From NCBI GenBank assembly GCA_002839805.1, contig PGYT01000028.1:2320-34319 (forward strand): 32,000 nucleotides of DNA. The letters are read 5' to 3'. Positions 1 to 8,645 of the stretch are shown here, piece after piece; the stretch's first letter is position 1; each line of letters opens with the position of its first letter. Made by a program: the position numbers and the translations under genes. The notes under the pieces were generated by a model that was given only the letters and a program-made list of their open reading frames with translations, was not told the origin of the DNA and did not search any database. This DNA is from Ignavibacteriae bacterium HGW-Ignavibacteriae-2 (GTDB lineage: Bacteria > Bacteroidota > Ignavibacteria > Ignavibacteriales > Melioribacteraceae).

Positions 1-120
1 TTTTTATACCGTATGCCATCGCATCGAATCTGAAACCGAAATGAAAATAACCTCTAAAGAAATTAATTATGTACAGAACTAAATAATATGAAATTCGAAG
101 AAAACGAGGAAAAATAATTA

Positions 121-1059
121 ATGAGTGAAAAATATCTTGTTACTGGAGGCGCCGGATTTATTGGATCCAATATAGTAGAAGAACTCCTTAAGAAAGGCAT
201 GAAGGTTAGGGTTCTGGATAATTTCTCGACAGGAAGACGAGAAAATATTAAGGAATTTGAAAAGGACATTGAAATCGTTGAGGGAGATATTCGCAGTTAT
301 CATTCTGTAAATCACGCAGTTAAGGGAGTGGATATAATATTGCATCAAGCTGCACTTCCTTCTGTCCCAAGATCAATTCATGATCCAATCACAACAAATG
401 AAGTAAATGTTGGAGGCACACTAAACATTTTTAACGCGGCAAAAGAAAATAAAGTACGAAGAATTGTTTTTGCCTCTTCATCTTCCGTATATGGAGATAA
501 TCCCGAATTACCTAAAAAAGAGTCTATGACAACAAATCCACTTTCTCCATATGCAGTTTCAAAATTGTCATGTGAAAATTATTCAAGAGTATTTAATAGA
601 TTATATTCTATTGAAACAATAGCACTTCGTTATTTTAATGTATTTGGTCCTAAACAAGATCCAACTTCACAATACTCCGCTGTAATACCTAAATTTATTA
701 GTGCTATGCTTGCTGATAAGCAACCGATTGTTTATGGAGATGGTTCACAGAGCAGAGATTTTACATATGTAGCAAATGTTGTTGATGCTAATATTTTAGC
801 GGCAACCGTGGAGTGTAATACACCTATAACATTGAATTGCGCTACTCATGGACAAATTACAATAAATAACTTAGTTAATAATATTAATCAGCTAATCGAT
901 AAACAAATCGTACCAATTTATGAAGATGCCCGCCCAGGTGATATCAAGCATTCTTTTGCTGATATTTCACTTATTAAAAATAAATTTAATTGGGAACCAA
1001 AATATTCTTTTGATTTTGGACTTAAGAATACGATATCATTTATAAATAGTAGAAGATAA
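121..1059 (+). CDS. Extended-SDR NAD-dependent sugar-nucleotide epimerase (WbpP/TviC/Gne-like UDP-HexNAc 4-epimerase family)
   Basis: 312-aa ORF with GAGGAAAA upstream of the ATG. Rossmann motif TGGAGFIGS. Catalytic YxxxK in SPYAVSKLSCE. The block LPSVPRSIHDPITTNEVNVGGTLN is typical of WbpP/TviC-type epimerases. Confidence 0.85.
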   Translation: MSEKYLVTGGAGFIGSNIVEELLKKGMKVRVLDNFSTGRRENIKEFEKDIEIVEGDIRSYHSVNHAVKGVDIILHQAALPSVPRSIHDPITTNEVNVGGTLNIFNAAKENKVRRIVFASSSSVYGDNPELPKKESMTTNPLSPYAVSKLSCENYSRVFNRLYSIETIALRYFNVFGPKQDPTSQYSAVIPKFISAMLADKQPIVYGDGSQSRDFTYVANVVDANILAATVECNTPITLNCATHGQITINNLVNNINQLIDKQIVPIYEDARPGDIKHSFADISLIKNKFNWEPKYSFDFGLKNTISFINSRR

Positions 1060-1224
1060 TTTTAGTTTGATGCACTTCTGTATATCGATACTATAGATAA
1101 AACTAACTATTGAACTCATCCGGCAAGAAGCTTTATCTCTCAATAAATTGTTCAATGTTGATTTGGAATTGTAAAATGAACGGAATGTGACAAAAAATTT
1201 TCGTACTAATTTATTAATTACTGT

Positions 1225-3507
1225 ATGCTAATAAATTTAATAAAGTTTGGGTGCTGTTTGGGAGTAATGTCTATCTTAATTGTAAGCTGTGAACCAGAAA
1301 AAGGTAATTATTTATTCGCGAATGGTGAAACAGATTATAGAATAATGATTTCTCAAAATGCGGACTCATTGCATATTAAATCAGCTGAAGAATTGCAGTC
1401 ATATTTAAAATTAATCTCGAATATTGATTTTCCTATTGTAAATGACACCTCACCTCTGGAAGGCTCTTTTATTTTTATCGGAGAAAATAGATACTTTAAA
1501 AAATTCGACTTTGATTATGATAAATCAATTTTGGAAGATGATGGATTCCAAATTCTTACCTATAAAAATCATCTAATATTTTTGGGTGGAGAAGAAAAAG
1601 GAATATTATATGGAGTATTTTCATTTCTGGAAGATTATTTGAACTGCCGAAAATATACTTCTACTGCATCAATAATACCTAAGCGAAATGATTTTTTTGT
1701 CGAAGATATAAATGTTAAATATTCCCCGATTATCAAATACCGTACGCTCTATATGCCGGATAATTATTTTCAATCTTACTCCGACTGGCATAAGTTAAAA
1801 AGCAATAGGGATATGGATAGAGACTGGGGCATGGGCGTACATACATTTAGCAGACTTGTTCCACCAGAAACTTATTTTGAATTACATCCAGAATATTTTT
1901 CAGAAATAAATGGCAAAAGAGTACCCGATGCACAATTATGCCTAAGCAACAAAGAGGTATTCAATATTGTTTTGAGTGAATTAAAAGACAGGATAAAGAA
2001 AAAACCAAATGCTAAATACTGGCCTGTAGATCAAAATGATACCCGTGGGCCTTGCCAGTGCGCTGAATGCAGGGATCTGGAAGTTAGATACGGAGGACAT
2101 TCCGGTGCGCTAATCTCATTCGTAAATTCAATTGCCACTAAATTCCCGGATAAAATTATAACTACTTTAGCTTACAGCTATTCACAATCGGCTCCTAAAA
2201 ATATTCTTCCCGGAAAGAATGTTTTAATTTTCCTTTGCTCTTATGACTGCAACAGGAGCCGTCCGATTTTTACGGATGTTAGAAGCGATATATTTAGGAA
2301 TGATTTCAGAGATTGGCGCAAGTTAACTGATAATATAATGATATGGGATTATATCGTTCAATTTGCGAATTTGATAAGCCCGTTTCCAAACTTTCATGTG
2401 CTAAAACCAAATCTTGAATATTTTGTATCCCAAAATGTCAATATGGTATTCGAACAAGGAAGTGGAAAACAGTTTTCCGAATTCAACGAATTACGATCTT
2501 ACGTGATTGCCAAATTATTATGGAATCCGAATTGTAATATTGAAAATATTATAGATGACTTTATTTTCGGTTATTATGGGGATGCGGGAATTTATATTAA
2601 AAAGTATATTGCCACAATGCATGAATCACTAATAAATTCAATGGGTTCACTTAAAATTTGGTCAAATCCCTGGAGAGCTAATAAAAGTTATCTTACCCCC
2701 GCTCTACTAAAAAAATATAGTGACCTTTTTGATAAAGCTGAATCAGCAGTGGAAAAGGAGCCGGAATTTCTCAATAGGGTCAGGCGTGCGAGATTGCCGC
2801 TTGAATTTGCTATTCTCCAAATAGCTAAATGGAATGTTACAGAGGAACTATCTTATTTTGAAAATGTGAACGATCAATTTGTCGTAAAAAAAAAATTTCA
2901 GGAAAGATTAAATAACTTTGTAAAACTTTGTAGAGAAAACGGGATAGAGCAATTATCTGAAATAAGAGGATATATTGATGACTATGAAAATAGTGTCAAA
3001 AATTTTATGACGAAAGGTATGTTATACCATTCAGCGTTAAATAAACCAGTAAAATCTTTAACTCAAGTCTCAGATGTTTACACGGTTAATGGAGTGAATG
3101 CTTTAACCGATGGATTTCTCGGAGAAGAATATTCATTAACGCATTGGTTGGAGTTCAAATCGGGCACAATGGATGTTATAATTAATATGGAACATCCCAT
3201 TTTGATTGATTCTGTTAGCACTAATTTTTTGCGAAATATTTCAAATAGTATTGGATTCCCGACCTCTGTTGAACTGCTAACTTCTAATGATGGCGAAAAA
3301 TTTAATCAGATTGAAATTGTCAAATCAGAAATTGATTCCGCTGATAAAGAAAATAGTATTAAAACATTCAAATTTTTTTCTGATGGGAAAGTGGCAAAAT
3401 TTATCAGAATTAAAGCAATAAACACTAAGATGAATATAAAGAATAAATCTATGGATGATATGGCAGCAAATTTTACTGTCAGTTGTGACGAAATTATTCT
3501 GAATTAG
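1225..3507 (+). CDS. Secreted lipoprotein, DUF4838-type (GH20/GH67-like) domain plus C-terminal F5/8 type C (discoidin-like) carbohydrate-binding domain
   Basis: 760-aa ORF. The N-terminus MLINLIKFGCCLGVMSILIVSC carries a lipobox (IVS|C). The central QNDTRGPCQCAECR cysteine cluster and overall layout match my recollection of DUF4838 proteins. The C-terminal ~150 aa (ALTDGFLGEE...AKFIRIKAIN) resemble a discoidin/CBM32-type domain. Confidence 0.7.
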   Translation: MLINLIKFGCCLGVMSILIVSCEPEKGNYLFANGETDYRIMISQNADSLHIKSAEELQSYLKLISNIDFPIVNDTSPLEGSFIFIGENRYFKKFDFDYDKSILEDDGFQILTYKNHLIFLGGEEKGILYGVFSFLEDYLNCRKYTSTASIIPKRNDFFVEDINVKYSPIIKYRTLYMPDNYFQSYSDWHKLKSNRDMDRDWGMGVHTFSRLVPPETYFELHPEYFSEINGKRVPDAQLCLSNKEVFNIVLSELKDRIKKKPNAKYWPVDQNDTRGPCQCAECRDLEVRYGGHSGALISFVNSIATKFPDKIITTLAYSYSQSAPKNILPGKNVLIFLCSYDCNRSRPIFTDVRSDIFRNDFRDWRKLTDNIMIWDYIVQFANLISPFPNFHVLKPNLEYFVSQNVNMVFEQGSGKQFSEFNELRSYVIAKLLWNPNCNIENIIDDFIFGYYGDAGIYIKKYIATMHESLINSMGSLKIWSNPWRANKSYLTPALLKKYSDLFDKAESAVEKEPEFLNRVRRARLPLEFAILQIAKWNVTEELSYFENVNDQFVVKKKFQERLNNFVKLCRENGIEQLSEIRGYIDDYENSVKNFMTKGMLYHSALNKPVKSLTQVSDVYTVNGVNALTDGFLGEEYSLTHWLEFKSGTMDVIINMEHPILIDSVSTNFLRNISNSIGFPTSVELLTSNDGEKFNQIEIVKSEIDSADKENSIKTFKFFSDGKVAKFIRIKAINTKMNIKNKSMDDMAANFTVSCDEIILN

Positions 3508-3702
3508 ATTTTAATAATGGACAAAAATGATTTCATTATTTTTTGACTTTAATGGTTTTATAAAAACAAAAGGTAAGATATTCAACAATTAATTTTTAGT
3601 TTTTTAAAAAGAAACCTGCTGGTAATAATCTTAATAATTACGATTGCCGGGACTATTTTTACTTTTTTCTTTTTCTCCGATAGTAGTTCGGATCTTGCCA
3701 AA

Positions 3703-5187
3703 TTGGCTCTTAAAGAATCGCTGCAACCTGTTCGTCCCGGAATACCTGATTCTATCCCATTTTGGAATAAATACTCTACCCGTTTTATTTACGCTCCGGC
3801 TTTTGAATTTAAAAAATTTGGTAAGGTAAAATATTATTTGTTTACAGCTCTTTCATTTGCTGATAAAAAAGAATACTCATTTAAATCTGAAAATGAATAT
3901 GATCCGCTTACTCCAATTTGGGCGGATATACCGGTCGGTGAAGTGTTTCTAAAGGTAGAAGCTTGCGATAACACCGGACCTGTTGGACTTTCCGGGGTAA
4001 GAAAATTTTATAAAGCGGCCCCTTTCCCAGGGATAGAAATTGATATCAAAAACAATGGTGAAGAAGAATTAAGAAAACTTCTGAGTTATTTTTATAACTT
4101 AGACTTTATCCAACGTTGGGCTGATACAGGAACTCCGGATTCAAACTACATTTTATACTGTTATCCGAGTAAAAACATAAGTACTGTAATCAAAGGGATG
4201 CTTTTATATATAAAATATTTTCCGAATAATCGTGACAGAGCATTAAAAATCGCCCAAAATGCAGCAGATTATTTAATTGGAATAAGCGAACCTGAAAGTT
4301 CTAATTTAGCCGGTTGGCCTCCAACATACACTGGAAACAAGTTAACTTCAAAAGTAAATAACGGCAACATTATGGTAAGTATTAACGCACAGGCCGGAAA
4401 TTATTATTTGGATTTATATGAAGTTACAAAAAATGAAAAATATCTGAATGCCGCTGTTGAAATTGCCGATACTTATGTAAATACTCAATTACCTTCCGGA
4501 ACATGGTATGTAAAACTTAAAACACCGTCAGGTGAACCTTTTGCTCCAAATTTGGCAATTCCAATTTCCATACTTAATTTTTTAGAAAGATTAACTTCGG
4601 AATATAGATTTGAAAAATACCAAGTGGTCGTCGAGAAATCTTTCCAATGGATTCTAAATTATCCGGTGCAGGATTATAATTGGGAAGGGCAATTCGAGGA
4701 TGCTTACATTCAAGGGGAATATGAAAATTTGGCGATGCACGATCCTTGTAATACAGCAATCTATTTATTGAAAAATTCTGATAAGGATAGAAATTTTATA
4801 AATAAAGCGGAAGAAATTATACGATTTGTGGAAGATCAATTTGTTGTTTGGAGTAAACCTTTGCCATATTGGGAACATAGATCAACTAGTAGTTATTTGA
4901 CCCCCTCAGTACTTGAGCAATATCAGTTTTATGTTCCTGTTGATGCATCTTTGTCTAAAGTGGTAGCGACATATTCTTTGGCTTATCAAGTCACAAAAAA
5001 TCCAATTTATTTTGCAAAAAAGAAAGTTTTACATGCCGCATTATTGAAGAATCAGGCTGAGGATGGGAGTATTCCAACAGGATGGTGGGACTATTCTTCT
5101 CAACTATGGATTAATTGTTTAGTGTACGATGCTATCGTATTAGACTACATAACTTTTGGCGGGAAAATCTATGATACCATCTACTAG
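3703..5187 (+). CDS. Hypothetical protein, possibly alpha/alpha-toroid glycan hydrolase/lyase-like; true start probably upstream (membrane anchor)
   Basis: 494-aa uninterrupted ORF. QxxxGxW-like repeats (QLPSGTW, QAEDGSI) and an SGTWYVKLKTPSG segment recall (alpha/alpha)6 barrel enzymes. The frame stays open back to 3577 and there encodes KRNLLVIILIITIAGTIFTFFFF, a signal-anchor-like helix. No ATG/GTG/TTG occurs before 3703. Confidence 0.6.
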   Translation: MALKESLQPVRPGIPDSIPFWNKYSTRFIYAPAFEFKKFGKVKYYLFTALSFADKKEYSFKSENEYDPLTPIWADIPVGEVFLKVEACDNTGPVGLSGVRKFYKAAPFPGIEIDIKNNGEEELRKLLSYFYNLDFIQRWADTGTPDSNYILYCYPSKNISTVIKGMLLYIKYFPNNRDRALKIAQNAADYLIGISEPESSNLAGWPPTYTGNKLTSKVNNGNIMVSINAQAGNYYLDLYEVTKNEKYLNAAVEIADTYVNTQLPSGTWYVKLKTPSGEPFAPNLAIPISILNFLERLTSEYRFEKYQVVVEKSFQWILNYPVQDYNWEGQFEDAYIQGEYENLAMHDPCNTAIYLLKNSDKDRNFINKAEEIIRFVEDQFVVWSKPLPYWEHRSTSSYLTPSVLEQYQFYVPVDASLSKVVATYSLAYQVTKNPIYFAKKKVLHAALLKNQAEDGSIPTGWWDYSSQLWINCLVYDAIVLDYITFGGKIYDTIY

Positions 5188-5232
5188 ATTTGATTCGAAT
5201 ATGAGTTTTGAAAAACTGAAAAGAAAAATTTA

Positions 5233-6381
5233 ATGTTACCTGAAAATCAAGGAAAGAAAAATAAGGGAAGGAAAAAACTTGCTGTAATAGGTGCAAGCTA
5301 TTTACAGCTTCCTCTTGTAAATAAGGCAAATGATATGGGAATTGAAACACATTGTTTTGCCTGGGAAGAGGGGGCAGTTTGTAAGGATGTCGCGGACTAT
5401 TTTTACCCAATTTCAATAATTGAAAAAGAGAAAATTCTGGATAAATGTAAAGAAATTGGTATTAATGGAATAACATCTATTGCGTCTGATGTGGCAGTCC
5501 CATCTGTTTGTTTCGTTGCGGAAAATATGAATCTTATTTCAAATACTGTAAGCAGTTCCAATTTATGTACGGATAAATATTTAATGAGAGAGGCTTTTAA
5601 AAAAAATAATGTGAACTCACCAAAATATTTTAAACTTAATAAAGAGAATTATAGATTTGATGATAATCTCGTTTTTCCAGTGATTGTTAAACCAGTTGAT
5701 AGGTCCGGTAGTCTTGGAGTAATGTTAGCAGATAATAAAGAAAAATTTGAGAGCGCTGTTTTTAGAGCTTGCCAGTTCTCTTTTAAAAAAGAGGCTATTG
5801 TAGAAGAATTTATTGATGGAAGGGAAGTGAGCGTTGAAACTATATCATGGGAAGGATCTCACTTTTTACTTAATGTTACCGATAAGGTTACAACAAATGA
5901 TCCATATTTCGTTGAGATTGAACATCATCAACCATCGGAAATTGATAAAAAGATTTTAAAAAGAGTTAAAGACCTCACTTTTAAGGCTTTGACTTCACTC
6001 AATATTAAATATGGAGCAGGACACACAGAGATCAGAATCAAACCGAATGGGGATATTTTTATTATAGAAGTGGGCGCGAGAATGGGCGGCGACTTTATAG
6101 GATCGGATTTAGTATACCTCTCAACCGGTTATGATTTTCTAAAAGGTGTTATTGAAGTTTCCTTAAATAAATTCCACGTCCCTGAATTTACCGAAAATAA
6201 ACATTCCGGTGTCTTTTTTCTTTCAAAAGACACGATGAACACCTATTCGATTATACAAGAGCGATATTCTAAAAGTATTGTGACAAACAGTAGAATTAAT
6301 GATAATTTGAATTATGCTACCTGTAGCGCAGATAGAAGCGGTTATCTAATTTACCAATCAGACAAAAGAATTGTGATATGA
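5233..6381 (+). CDS. ATP-grasp carboxylate-amine ligase (L-amino-acid-ligase-like)
   Basis: 382-aa ORF. ATP-grasp blocks FPVIVKPVDRSGSLGV, EEFIDGREVSVE and GHTEIRIKPNGDIFIIEVGARMGGD. The stop overlaps the next start (ATGA at 6378-6381). Confidence 0.8.
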   Translation: MLPENQGKKNKGRKKLAVIGASYLQLPLVNKANDMGIETHCFAWEEGAVCKDVADYFYPISIIEKEKILDKCKEIGINGITSIASDVAVPSVCFVAENMNLISNTVSSSNLCTDKYLMREAFKKNNVNSPKYFKLNKENYRFDDNLVFPVIVKPVDRSGSLGVMLADNKEKFESAVFRACQFSFKKEAIVEEFIDGREVSVETISWEGSHFLLNVTDKVTTNDPYFVEIEHHQPSEIDKKILKRVKDLTFKALTSLNIKYGAGHTEIRIKPNGDIFIIEVGARMGGDFIGSDLVYLSTGYDFLKGVIEVSLNKFHVPEFTENKHSGVFFLSKDTMNTYSIIQERYSKSIVTNSRINDNLNYATCSADRSGYLIYQSDKRIVI

Positions 6382-7505
6382 TACCATTTAACAAACCATA
6401 CCTAACGGGAAAAGAATTACATTTTATTTATCAGGCAGTTTATGGCGAACATATTTCTGGTAATGGAATATTTACAAAAAAATGCCAAAGGTTTTTTGAA
6501 GAAAGATACGGATTCAAAAAAACTTTACTCACAACTTCATGTACAGACGCTTTAGAAATGTGTGCGATATTAACTGACATTCAACCTGGTGATGAAGTAA
6601 TTATTCCATCATACACTTTTGTTTCCACTGCTCTCGCTTTTGTAAGGCAGGGTGCAAAAATAATTTTCGCCGATAGCAATTCTGATAATCCCAATATAGA
6701 CGTTGATAAAATTGAGTCTTTAATTAATGAAAAAACCAAAGCAATTGTCGTAGTACATTATGCCGGTATAGCGTGTGACATGGACAAAATAATGGACTTA
6801 GCTAATAAACATAAGCTAATAGTAATTGAAGACGCCGCTCAAGCAATTGATTCCTACTATAAGGGAAAACCTTTGGGGTCGATCGGGCATCTTGCCACTT
6901 TTTCATTCCATGAAACTAAAAATATTGTCTGCGGCGAGGGGGGATTACTGATTATTAATGATGATAAGTATGTAAATAGAGCTGAAATTATTTGGGAGAA
7001 AGGAACCAACAGAGCCGAGTTTTTTAGGGGCAATATAAATAAATATGGCTGGGTAGATTCTGGATCTTCTTTTCTGCCTTCAGATATATTGGCTGCTTAT
7101 CTATGGGCACAGTTGGAAAATTTGGATGATATTCAATTAAAAAGAAAAAATATATGGCAGCACTATTACGACTCACTCAAAAATTGGGCTGATACATCAA
7201 ACATTAGCCTACCTCACATACCAGATTACGCTACAAATAACGGGCATATGTTTTATTTAGTATGTAATAGTTTTGAACAGCGAACCTCATTGATAAAACG
7301 TTTGAAAACAAATGGAATTGAAGCTGTATTTCATTATCTGAGCCTGCATAACAGTGAGTATTACAAAGACAGGCATGATGGACGAATCTTGGTGAACTCG
7401 GATCAATATACAGAATGTTTAGTCAGATTGCCGATGTTTTATGAACTTGAAGTAAGTATGATCGATTTTGTTGTAGATATTATAAAAGGCGAAAACAAGA
7501 AATGA
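6378..7505 (+). CDS. wecE: dTDP-4-amino-4,6-dideoxyhexose (Fuc4N-type) aminotransferase, WecE/RffA family
   Basis: 375 aa. It is near-colinear with my recollection of E. coli WecE: MIPFN.P, SCTDALEM, IQPGDEVIIPSYTFVSTA, VHYAGIACDMD, FSFHETKN (PLP lysine), EKGTNR..FFRG, AAYLWAQLE, HMFY, FHY.PLH. Confidence 0.9.
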   Translation: MIPFNKPYLTGKELHFIYQAVYGEHISGNGIFTKKCQRFFEERYGFKKTLLTTSCTDALEMCAILTDIQPGDEVIIPSYTFVSTALAFVRQGAKIIFADSNSDNPNIDVDKIESLINEKTKAIVVVHYAGIACDMDKIMDLANKHKLIVIEDAAQAIDSYYKGKPLGSIGHLATFSFHETKNIVCGEGGLLIINDDKYVNRAEIIWEKGTNRAEFFRGNINKYGWVDSGSSFLPSDILAAYLWAQLENLDDIQLKRKNIWQHYYDSLKNWADTSNISLPHIPDYATNNGHMFYLVCNSFEQRTSLIKRLKTNGIEAVFHYLSLHNSEYYKDRHDGRILVNSDQYTECLVRLPMFYELEVSMIDFVVDIIKGENKK

Positions 7506-8644
7506 TATTACATCTATTGATAGATTCCAAATTTACTGACTACGCTATAGACCAATTTGAAGCAGCGGCTCCGGGAAATAATCATTTTGTTGTGTTTATA
7601 CCAAATGAAAATTATAAATGTATACACATTAAACAAAATCATAAAATAGATCTTGTCCCCAACAATAGTCCTGAGTTTGATAAATTAATCGATAATCTGC
7701 ATATAAATAAAGCAATAATTACACATGGTTTATTTCTTGATCAACAGGAGAATGTAATTCTTAAAACTCCTTTGCATGTAAAGAAAGCATGGGTGTTTTG
7801 GGGGGCAGAATTCTATAACCGACTTGAATATGAGAGGAAATATCTGGGGAATCATTCTCGTAGGATTTACGAATTACATTTATTTAAACAAAGAATTAAA
7901 AGTTACTTGTCACTGCTATTTTTCAAAGAGAAATATAAATTCTCCTATCAAGTTAATAAGGAAACTTTTGCGCTGATAGATTATTGTCTTACAGATATAA
8001 GTGAAGATTATGAAATTGTAAAAAATAAATTGAATTGTAAATTTGAATCTGTCTGGTATAATTATTACAGTATTGAGCATACAATCGGGAATCTAAAAAA
8101 CGAAATGGTTTCCAGTAATAATATATTTATTGGCAACTCCTCAACAATTACTAACAACCATCTTGAAATATTTAATATCCTCAAAGATTTTAATATAAAG
8201 AATCGGAAAATAATAGTACCACTCAATTATGGTGACATGTATTACAGAAAAATTATTCTTAAGAAGGGAATAAAAGATTTTGGTGATACCTTTAGTCCGA
8301 TTTTAGAATTATTACAGTTAGAGGATTATAATAAATTATTGTTGACCAGCAGTATTTTTATTATGAATCATTATCGCCCACAAGCAATGGGCAATATAAT
8401 TACTGCATTATGGTTGGGAGGAAGAGTTTATCTCAGTAAAAAAAATGTACTTTACAATTATTTTAAAAGATTAGGGTGTAATATTTATTCTATAGAGGAT
8501 AATTTAAAACCAGGTAATAAGGAGTCATTAGAAAAATTACATTTTGATGAAGTAATGCATAATCGAGAAATACTTACAAAAGAGTATGGAAACGAAAATG
8601 TAATGTCTAAAGTTGAAGATTTAGTTAAGGTTCTTCTCTCTTAA
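7502..8644 (+). CDS. wecF: GT56-family 4-alpha-L-fucosyltransferase-like (TDP-Fuc4NAc:lipid II transferase WecF/RffT homolog)
   Basis: 380 aa. Blocks align with recalled E. coli WecF: WVFWGAEFY vs WHIWGADLY, IFIGNSSTITNNHLEIF vs ILVGNSGDRSNEHIAAL, IIVPLNYG vs VVVPMGYP, plus the C-terminal FIMNHYRPQAMGNI block. ATGA overlap with wecE. Confidence 0.8.
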   Translation: MILHLLIDSKFTDYAIDQFEAAAPGNNHFVVFIPNENYKCIHIKQNHKIDLVPNNSPEFDKLIDNLHINKAIITHGLFLDQQENVILKTPLHVKKAWVFWGAEFYNRLEYERKYLGNHSRRIYELHLFKQRIKSYLSLLFFKEKYKFSYQVNKETFALIDYCLTDISEDYEIVKNKLNCKFESVWYNYYSIEHTIGNLKNEMVSSNNIFIGNSSTITNNHLEIFNILKDFNIKNRKIIVPLNYGDMYYRKIILKKGIKDFGDTFSPILELLQLEDYNKLLLTSSIFIMNHYRPQAMGNIITALWLGGRVYLSKKNVLYNYFKRLGCNIYSIEDNLKPGNKESLEKLHFDEVMHNREILTKEYGNENVMSKVEDLVKVLLS

Positions 8645-8645
8645 T

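Noticed and set aside
2-82. Possible 3' end of an upstream + strand gene (frame ending at TAA 80-82, ...ESETEMKITSKEINYVQN*)
   Set aside because: Only about 26 codons are visible and nothing in them is recognisable. This cannot be distinguished from non-coding sequence.
2886-2895. A10 homopolymer inside the DUF4838 gene (VVKKKF) as a slipped-strand phase-variation switch
   Set aside because: A7-A9 and T7-T8 runs are frequent throughout the window (e.g. 15306-15313, 22499-22506, 26790-26798, 26893-26900, 27631-27638). They mostly fall in AAA lysine codons, consistent with base composition. There is no population or read-level evidence of length variation, and the tract lies late in the gene.
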